This document shows positions 57,569-64,000 of a stretch of DNA of 64,000 bases, in pieces (within the stretch, counting starts at the first letter, position 1; each line of letters begins with the position of its first letter). This stretch comes from Pyrobaculum sp. (GTDB taxonomy: Archaea; Thermoproteota; Thermoprotei; Thermoproteales; Thermoproteaceae): contig JBKBOT010000002.1 of assembly GCA_046293555.1 (NCBI GenBank), forward strand, positions 15,765 through 79,764, written 5' to 3'. Under the pieces are notes generated by a model. That model saw only the letters and a program-made list of their open reading frames with translations, did no database searches and was not told where the DNA came from. The position numbers were made by a program, and so were the translations under genes.

Positions 57569-58726
57569 GTGGCCAGCGACCTTGATGCCGACTACTGGAT
57601 AGAACCTGAGCTGATGGTAGCCCTCAGACGTGACATAGAGAGACAGGTGGAAAAAATGGCAAAATTGGGAGAGGTGGTAAAAGAGGTTGCCTCTCTAAGG
57701 ACCGGGCTGGAGATTAAACAAATCGCGAAAACACGTGGCTTTGATGTATATGCGGTAGATTCCTCTTTTGCCCCACCGCTGGAGCTTGTAGGAGGATTAT
57801 TTACAGTCATCACATATGGCTATGTCGGCATTTCAAATGGCGTCCAGGATAAGTTTATTACAGGCACCCTGTATTTTAACGACGATGAAAATATCTCACG
57901 ATTCTCCTCGTTGCTAGAAAAGAGGCTGGCCACGAGGCTATTAGACGCAAAGGCGGGAGGCTATAAGCAGTTCGACTTGTTGATATTAGACGGGGAAATT
58001 GCCATACACCCGCTGCCGTATAACCTAGCCGCAGAGGGGGGACAACGCGAGGTTGTTAACCATGTGGTAGACAAGATGCTAAAAGCCGCATACATGGGCA
58101 AGACCACTGTAGTTGCTATCACAAAAAGGGTGAGGTCGAGATATCTCTCCGTGGCAGCGGGCCGATGTCTAGAGATAAACGACAAGGTGGCGACTTCATA
58201 CATCCTAAGGCCTGGAGAGTACTTCTCTTTGGGTAAACTACGGGAACTTCTGCCAAAGTGGATTAATATCCATTACCTAGAATGCAGCGGCGTAGATAGA
58301 GAGGAGGTGTTGAGATGTTATAAAGATGGAGTCTCGCCTAGAGACGCCAAGGCTGAGAAGTTGTGTAAAAGACTTAAAGAATTTAAGGAGAACTTCTCCG
58401 CCATCCTTAACTCGCCTAGATACCCCCACCTCCGCCATCTAGGCGACGTGGAGGTGATATACTATATGCCTCACGGCCACAAGACAGCCGTGCGTATAGA
58501 GGTACTCGACTTTGGCAACTACGGGGTAGAAGACATAGTGGCCTACCTGGCCTCCTCTACTTCCCCAACTACAGGCTATCCACAAGTCTTAGACGCGGTG
58601 GATCAATACGTGAGGATAAGCCCAGAGCTTGTCGAGGCCATTCTGACGGCAGTAACCACGAGAAGTCCAGAACTGGCCCTACTCATGTGGCCGACAAACA
58701 CGCAAAAAAGGCTAGTGAGGTTCTGA
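57569..58726 (+). CDS. NurA-family nuclease
   Basis: AVDSS, ILDGE, AITKR, GYPQVL..VD..VRI; directly downstream of the HerA-like ATPase. Confidence 0.85.
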   Translation: MASDLDADYWIEPELMVALRRDIERQVEKMAKLGEVVKEVASLRTGLEIKQIAKTRGFDVYAVDSSFAPPLELVGGLFTVITYGYVGISNGVQDKFITGTLYFNDDENISRFSSLLEKRLATRLLDAKAGGYKQFDLLILDGEIAIHPLPYNLAAEGGQREVVNHVVDKMLKAAYMGKTTVVAITKRVRSRYLSVAAGRCLEINDKVATSYILRPGEYFSLGKLRELLPKWINIHYLECSGVDREEVLRCYKDGVSPRDAKAEKLCKRLKEFKENFSAILNSPRYPHLRHLGDVEVIYYMPHGHKTAVRIEVLDFGNYGVEDIVAYLASSTSPTTGYPQVLDAVDQYVRISPELVEAILTAVTTRSPELALLMWPTNTQKRLVRF

Positions 58727-58729
58727 CCT

Positions 58730-59200
58730 AGCATACGCCAGGCCCCCGTGGGGGCCCCCGCCCTGAACAGCTGAAGTGGGCTATCACGGCTGTGCCCATA
58801 CCCCCCACATCCCGGGCCCGAGGGCTATCCACACGTAAACGAACCTTACGCCAAATGGTTTTCAGACCCCCTGTCTGTAGTCTGGCAGCTACCTTAAGAC
58901 CCTTCCCCTCCTCATATCTAGCCGCAACGCGGCCCCCTATGCTCTTGGCCACACGGCCCTCAGGAGTTTTTCCTTGCCATTTCTTAGCCTATTTAGCGCA
59001 AGGGCGGCTATCTCTACTGGCGAGAGGCCCCCGTAGAACCTCTGGCAGGTCTACTCTCTGTATATATAGTCACCACAGAGCTGTCCTTAAGCACTGGGTA
59101 CCTCTTTTTTAGAAATCTTACAAGCTCCACACGGCTAGAAAAGCCGTTTTGCACTCATCAACTTCCGCCACAGTTATGCCGCCCCCTCCACCTCGGCTAA
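58730..59200 (-). pseudogene. multiply frameshifted ORF remnant with a GC-rich structured end, possibly a decayed IS200/IS605 (TnpB-type) element
   Basis: Protein-like fragments in alternating frames (GITVAEVDECK / SRVELVRFLKKRYPVL / PVEIAALALNRLRNGKEKLLR / AKSIGGRVAARY); end contains GATGTGGGG and TTCAGGGCGGGG; hairpin at 58741-58756. Confidence 0.4.
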
Positions 59201-59313
59201 CGTCACAATACGTCCCCTGCCGTGTATATACACGCTATCGCCTACCTTTATAACGCCGGGCCTTATGGTAGTTTTCTTTAAGCAAAGTCTTTATGACATC
59301 ATTATGTGTCGTA

Positions 59314-60261
59314 TCATAACGCAGGCGTCTTGCCGAAACCCTCTACGTCATATTCGTCCACATCTACTGGAAATATCCTAACCCCTATAACCCGCCGCTT
59401 TGTGGCAGAAATGGCGGCGAGGTCGTACAAAAGCCTTTTTACCTCACCCCACTCCCGTATCTTTACTGGGGCCATGTCTAAGCCCGGCACGCAGACCGCC
59501 GTGTAGCTAACAAGCTTGTCTAGATTTAAAGCGCCTTCACGTACTAACCTCTTTATCTCCTCGTCTTCAGCCACAGGCAACATCACCTCGTTGAAGCCAG
59601 TCTTCTTGACTCCAGCCCTCTCTATGGCTTGGTTTATTTTATAAATCGCGTCGTGTGACCCAAAAGCCCCAAGCCTGATGTTAAACAGCCTCTCCACAGC
59701 CTTTGCCACACTCTCGTGCCCCCATGGCGACAGGGAGCCGTCAACCCCTATGAACTCTACGCCGAGAGATGACGCCACCTGCATGCCGACTTCCTCCCCC
59801 CTCTTTAACACAGTCTCCACATCCTCTAGGCTGTTTAAATCATTTGGGTAGAGAAGCGAGATGGACACCCCGCGTCTTGTCGTAACAGAAAGCGGGAAAT
59901 ACGGCGAGTTGTACACCGCCCCGCCTAGAGACAACGCCACATAGCGGGCGAGGTGGACCTCGCCTACATGTACTCTCTTCAAAAATCTCATATATTCCAC
60001 CACGTCGCTTAACGAGGCAAAGACGCCATATTGAGAGACATAGCTATACACCTCGTCTGCGTCATAACGTAGGTGAAGAGCCGAGATGTACTTCACACCA
60101 AGATCTCTAAGTCGGGGGATTAACCTCCCCACGTCGCCTCTTGGCGAGATGGAGACTCTAACTGTGGCGGGATCCACAGCCTTGGCCACATCTAGGAACT
60201 TCTCCACTATGGAGAGATCTTCATCTCCCGTCAGATGTAGTGTAACTGACCGAACTTTCAT
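59314..60261 (-). CDS. DUF711 (PFL-like) family protein
   Basis: NSPYFP, GVDGSLSPW, GFNEVMLPVAED, VCVPGLDM. Confidence 0.85.
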   Translation of the reverse strand: MKVRSVTLHLTGDEDLSIVEKFLDVAKAVDPATVRVSISPRGDVGRLIPRLRDLGVKYISALHLRYDADEVYSYVSQYGVFASLSDVVEYMRFLKRVHVGEVHLARYVALSLGGAVYNSPYFPLSVTTRRGVSISLLYPNDLNSLEDVETVLKRGEEVGMQVASSLGVEFIGVDGSLSPWGHESVAKAVERLFNIRLGAFGSHDAIYKINQAIERAGVKKTGFNEVMLPVAEDEEIKRLVREGALNLDKLVSYTAVCVPGLDMAPVKIREWGEVKRLLYDLAAISATKRRVIGVRIFPVDVDEYDVEGFGKTPAL

Positions 60262-61154
60262 CAGTAATACCAGGTGGCTAGATGTAAATGTTCCGGCGGA
60301 TATCTAGACAGGGAGTTCGCCTTACACACATCCTTAAAGGGACATACGCCGCATTGGGGTCCTTCCCGCCTACATATAGACCTCCCGAAACTCCAAAGAA
60401 AGTCGTCAAGAAGGAAGGGATGTATATCTACAAACCTGCTGACAACCCTCCACCCAGTCTTCACAACCTCTCTCAGCCTCACGTCCTCCTCCCGTGTGGC
60501 CTCCACCCCGCTTTCTAAAAAGCCGTAGTCTATATCCACCACGCCCAGCCTATAGGCCACTCTCGAGAGGTGGTTATCTACAGCCACGTCTGCCTCTTCC
60601 ACATCTCTAAACTCCGCCAGCTTTCTGCCCCACAGAAACTTTGCTAACAACATGGCCTTTTTCCCCACTGGGTCCTCATAGGCTCTGATGTTTGCCAGCT
60701 CTATCTTTAACTTCTTTAAAGTATCTACAGAAAGCAAGGCCTCAAAGCCGCCTCGAGCCGCCACCTTTTTCCCCAAGTCTCTCAAGAGGTATACCCTCGT
60801 GTAGAAATCCCACACCTTTTTCTCACCTATGGCGAGAAGCCCTGTCGCATCTACAGGCGTTAAATTTGCCAGCCTTTCGGCCTTAAAAAACCCCCTGTCG
60901 TAAAGAATTCTCCCCAGCCTATATAGAGCGTCGGCGCCGTGGTAAAACCTCCCCCCTATCTCCCCCTCAAAGGCGTCCCAGGGGGTGGAGGTCCTGTGGT
61001 CTATGGCCACCATGGCTGTGAAATACGCCAGCTGGCTTTCTCTAGGGTCGCCGGGTGGGGGGTAGAAAAGGGGATTTAGGTAGTCCTGCCTTATTTCCAC
61101 CCTTTTTAAGACCTCTGCCACCTCTTCCGCCTTATCTACATCTATGGCGACCAC
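60261..61154 (-). CDS. QNG1/DUF2419-like HhH glycosylase with C-terminal EndoIII-type [4Fe-4S] motif
   Basis: YEDPVGKKAMLL, VAVDNHLSR, EEDVRLR, LDDFLWSFG, C-x6-C-x2-C-x5-C (CRREGPQCGVCPFKDVC); GTG at 61154. Confidence 0.7.
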   Translation of the reverse strand: MVAIDVDKAEEVAEVLKRVEIRQDYLNPLFYPPPGDPRESQLAYFTAMVAIDHRTSTPWDAFEGEIGGRFYHGADALYRLGRILYDRGFFKAERLANLTPVDATGLLAIGEKKVWDFYTRVYLLRDLGKKVAARGGFEALLSVDTLKKLKIELANIRAYEDPVGKKAMLLAKFLWGRKLAEFRDVEEADVAVDNHLSRVAYRLGVVDIDYGFLESGVEATREEDVRLREVVKTGWRVVSRFVDIHPFLLDDFLWSFGRSICRREGPQCGVCPFKDVCKANSLSRYPPEHLHLATWYY

Positions 61155-61194
61155 GTGACTTCTCAGACATATAAATAAATAACATGCCGAAGCC

Positions 61195-61572
61195 GTGAGA
61201 ACCTGTGTGGAGCTCAGAGGAAGCATCTCGGTGGCGCATAACCCCTCTTTTTCGCCAGAGTGGAGTAGAGTACATGGACACGACTATATAATAACTGTGG
61301 GCATATGTAAGGAGGGTTATGTCGAACTAGTGGTAGACGCGGGAGAAGCTGGAAAAAAGCTGGAGGCAGTGCTTACACATATGGATGGCAGATATCTCGC
61401 CTCAAGTGTGGAAAAAGACGTGCCGCAAGGCGCCTATGTGGTGCCTTGCAGCCTGCCGGGAGTTAGCGGCGAGTGTATTGCCAGACATGTTGCAGAACTT
61501 ATAGACGCCACCTGGGTGAGGGTATGTGAGAGCGGGCTTGGGGGGCCATGCTTCTATTTTGAAAAAACTTAA
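61195..61572 (+). CDS. queD: 6-carboxytetrahydropterin synthase / PTPS family (QueD-like)
   Basis: VAH, VHGHDY, SGECIA, VRVCES T-fold motifs. Confidence 0.8.
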   Translation: MRTCVELRGSISVAHNPSFSPEWSRVHGHDYIITVGICKEGYVELVVDAGEAGKKLEAVLTHMDGRYLASSVEKDVPQGAYVVPCSLPGVSGECIARHVAELIDATWVRVCESGLGGPCFYFEKT

Positions 61573-61594
61573 AAAGCTACACCGAGATGGCTAT

Positions 61595-61885
61595 ATGAAA
61601 CTAGTGGTGAAGTTTTTAGCTACCCTCTACGACATTACGGGGGTGTTAAAGACAGAGGTTGAAGTGCCAGACGGCATGACGGTTAGACAACTTATTGACC
61701 TGCTAGACGGGCGGTTTAAGATTAAGAAAGAGCTGCTAGACGAGGGGGGCCAGCTCAAGCCTATGTACAACGTCTTGGTTAACGGGAGGGCCATAGAGTG
61801 GCTCGGGGGGCTGGAGACAAGGCTGAAAGACGGCGACGAGGTGGTCTTTATCCCCCCGGCGGCTGGCGGCACGGATCCCACGTAA
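61595..61885 (+). CDS. ubiquitin-like beta-grasp protein (MoaD/SAMP/Urm1 family) with C-terminal GG-TDPT
   Basis: VKFLATL, VLVNGR, LKDGDEVVFIPPAAGG then TDPT before the stop. Confidence 0.9.
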   Translation: MKLVVKFLATLYDITGVLKTEVEVPDGMTVRQLIDLLDGRFKIKKELLDEGGQLKPMYNVLVNGRAIEWLGGLETRLKDGDEVVFIPPAAGGTDPT

Positions 61886-62279
61886 TATATTCGCCACAGC
61901 CGTAAGACAGAACTACATCGCAGAACACTATCACATGTTCGCCTACCTCCACCTCGCCCCTATATGTGCACTCCACCACCCTGCTTGCATCACCCAGGGC
62001 GTTACATTTAAGAAGCCTACAGGGGGCCACGTTTCCCCATCTAGCCAGCTTGTCTTCCCCCGGCTTTCCAAACACCTCGAGAGCCCGCCAGTCCCCCACT
62101 AGGTTTAGGGTAAACATCCCCTCCTGTCGAATAAGCGACAGAGTTTTGCGGCTTTTATGTAGCGGCACCCCAACTCTCGGCACCTCTCCGGGAATCACGA
62201 TGGGCCATCCCACCACCGCGCCGTGATTCCCCACTACTAGAACCAGGACGGGGGTGGGCAGCGGCGATTTTTCACACAC
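61848..62279 (-). CDS. flavin reductase-like FMN-binding protein
   Basis: PTPVLVL, RKTL.LI, FTLN, ECTY...VGEHVIV; GTG at 62279. Confidence 0.8.
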   Translation of the reverse strand: MCEKSPLPTPVLVLVVGNHGAVVGWPIVIPGEVPRVGVPLHKSRKTLSLIRQEGMFTLNLVGDWRALEVFGKPGEDKLARWGNVAPCRLLKCNALGDASRVVECTYRGEVEVGEHVIVFCDVVLSYGCGEYITWDPCRQPPGG

Positions 62280-62280
62280 G

Positions 62281-63147
62281 TTATAACAACTCGTAGCGGC
62301 CGTCGGGATACACCCTGGCGCCCGCCCGCCTGGTTGCCCAACAGGAAAACACAATGCCTAGCGAAAATGCGGCCGGGTGTCTATATGCATATTCGATATG
62401 TACGTCAAGCGCGGTGAACCTGCCCCCCACCCCATGTGTCCCTATGCCCAAGGCGTTTATTGCTTTTAACAACTTTTCCTCTATTTCCGCAATTTCTGGC
62501 TCTGGGTGTCTAGAGCCCACAGGCCTTAAAACCGCCGCCTTTTTGGCAAGTCTGGCGGCTATATCTACAGAAGGCCCGACGCCAATCCCCACGACCACTG
62601 GAGGACAGGGCATGGGCCCCGCCTCCACCACAGCCTCTAGCACCAATCTGGGCATTTCCCTCATGGCGACGCCAGGCGGTAGAGTGAAGACACGGCTGGG
62701 GAGCTCGGTGCCGCCCCCCTTTGGGATATAGTAAAACTCTAGGTAATCCCCGTCAAATAGCTCTACGTCAAACCACGGGGCCCCGGCTCCGGTGTTATCG
62801 CCAGGGTTTTTCTCGTGGAATGGATGTACCGTGTTTGGCCTGAGGGGTAACTCTTGCGTCACCTCGCGGACGGCTCTAGTCAAAATGTCGTAAATTTTGC
62901 TTCTAACTGGAAACCCGTCGCCTATCTTTAGGTAAAAGTTGGGGAAGCCTGTGTCTTGACATACCGCGGCTTTCTCCCCGGCGGCTAGCTCTATGTTTTT
63001 TAGTATTGCCTCGAGCTGTATTTTCGCAGCCTCGCTGTCTTCAATCATGTGGGCCCTCTTTAGAGAGCTAGTTATGTCAAACGCCGGGGAGATGCTGGCG
63101 CGGATCACAGCCTCTTTGGCGGCCTTAAGTAAAATCTCTTCAAGCAT
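62281..63147 (-). CDS. class I fumarate hydratase (tartrate dehydratase family) alpha subunit
   Basis: CQDTG, LRPN, PKGGGTE, PCPP, SCWATRR; ATG at 63147. Confidence 0.92.
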   Translation of the reverse strand: MLEEILLKAAKEAVIRASISPAFDITSSLKRAHMIEDSEAAKIQLEAILKNIELAAGEKAAVCQDTGFPNFYLKIGDGFPVRSKIYDILTRAVREVTQELPLRPNTVHPFHEKNPGDNTGAGAPWFDVELFDGDYLEFYYIPKGGGTELPSRVFTLPPGVAMREMPRLVLEAVVEAGPMPCPPVVVGIGVGPSVDIAARLAKKAAVLRPVGSRHPEPEIAEIEEKLLKAINALGIGTHGVGGRFTALDVHIEYAYRHPAAFSLGIVFSCWATRRAGARVYPDGRYELL

Positions 63148-63190
63148 GTCCCATCCCCAAATGTAATTAATATATTTTCTAATTGATACT

Positions 63191-63760
63191 ATGCCCATAT
63201 ACCATCTAAAAACCCCCCTCTCGAAAGAAGACGTGGAGCCCCTCCGCGTGGGCGACACGCTTTATATATCCGGGATAGTAGTTGCGGCTAGAGACTCGGC
63301 GCATAGACGCATGCTCGAACTAGGGCCTCCTATAGATCTCAAAGGCGGCGTTATATATCACGCAGGGCCTGTGGCCAGAAGGGAGCCGGCTGGCTGGGAG
63401 ATTATAAGCATGGGGCCTACCACAAGCGCCAGGATGGAAGCCTTCCAGGCTGAAGTTATTGAGAGATTTGGCGTAAGGCTTGTGGTGGGGAAGGGCGGCA
63501 TGGGGAAAAAGACGGCAGAGGCGATGAAGAGACATGTGGCCGCCTACGCCATATTTACGGGGGGAGCTGGAGTTCTGGCGGCTAAGGCCATCAGGAGGGT
63601 AGTTGACGTATACTGGCTAGACTTAGGGATGGCGGAAGCCATGTGGGTTCTAGAAGTGGAGAACTTCGGCCCCCTTACGGTGATGATTGACCCCACTGGG
63701 AGAAATTACTACGAGGAGGCCAGGGAGGAGGCCAGGAGGAGGATTTCAGAAATCCTCTAA
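63191..63760 (+). CDS. class I fumarate hydratase beta subunit
   Basis: ARDSAH, YHAGP, GPTTSARM, GKGG, LGMAEA, FGPL. Confidence 0.93.
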   Translation: MPIYHLKTPLSKEDVEPLRVGDTLYISGIVVAARDSAHRRMLELGPPIDLKGGVIYHAGPVARREPAGWEIISMGPTTSARMEAFQAEVIERFGVRLVVGKGGMGKKTAEAMKRHVAAYAIFTGGAGVLAAKAIRRVVDVYWLDLGMAEAMWVLEVENFGPLTVMIDPTGRNYYEEAREEARRRISEIL

Positions 63761-64000
63761 TGGTTTTTTATCAGCTCCACCCCCAGCTCCAAGAGGCCCT
63801 AAAGAGGCTTGGCTACGAGAGGCCCACCCCGGCGCAGACATATGGAATTCCCAAAATACTTGAGGGACGACACGTCTTGTTAATCGCGCCGACGGGGTTC
63901 GGCAAGACGGAGGCAGCTTTTTTCCCAATAATTTCAAAGATCTTGGAGGGGGGTCGGGGCGGGGTTAAATGTCTATACATCACGCCACTTAGGTCGTTAA
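63760..64000 (+). CDS. Lhr-like DEAD/DEAH helicase, 5' part only
   Basis: Manual translation MVFYQLHPQLQEALKRLGYERPTPAQ...LIAPTGFGKTEAAF...LYITPLRSL; TAATG overlap with the preceding stop. Confidence 0.88.
   Translation, partial: MVFYQLHPQLQEALKRLGYERPTPAQTYGIPKILEGRHVLLIAPTGFGKTEAAFFPIISKILEGGRGGVKCLYITPLRSL

Noticed and set aside
58730-58830. RNase P RNA, SRP RNA or H/ACA guide
   Set aside because: Conserved RNase P and SRP motifs not seen; ACA-to-pocket spacing too long for H/ACA
58792-59112. 106-aa + strand ORF
   Set aside because: Atypical composition and no promoter; the minus-strand fragments look more protein-like
1-64000. CRISPR array, rRNA, integrase or provirus at the tRNAs
   Set aside because: No regularly spaced repeats, rRNA motifs, integrase or duplicated tRNA 3' end (att site) seen by eye

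Overview
Gene-dense archaeal chromosomal segment from a Thermoproteales crenarchaeon, most likely Pyrobaculum. The evidence is the ThermoDBP ssDNA-binding protein, AGOG glycosylase, a non-canonical D-arm tRNA intron, and TATA boxes about 20-28 nt upstream of start codons, as expected for leaderless mRNAs. Most of the window is core information-processing and lipid machinery: exosome/KEOPS/prefoldin superoperon, topoisomerase VI A and B, proteasome alpha, Alba, PriL, PolB1, TBP, Hjc, ProRS, ribosomal proteins, and modified mevalonate pathway and ether-lipid genes. It also holds two tRNAs (Ala-GGC; Arg-CCT with a 16-nt intron at 22/23) and a candidate C/D-box sRNA. I found no CRISPR array, rRNA or intact transposase. 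The best leads are: (1) a translationally coupled three-gene module at 5967-10058 encoding a 953-aa AAA+ ATPase/coiled-coil/wHTH protein, a HerA-linker-like stub and an intact-looking NurA-type nuclease, separate from a second HerA-NurA pair at 56185-58726; (2) a QNG1/DUF2419-like glycosylase with an EndoIII-type Fe-S motif, divergent from queD, as a possible archaeal 7-deazaguanine salvage system; (3) a ubiquitin-like SAMP/MoaD protein with a propeptide after its GG; (4) several small genes missed by the ORF track; (5) a decayed element at about 58.7-59.2 kb. All family calls come from motif recognition by eye, with no database searches.
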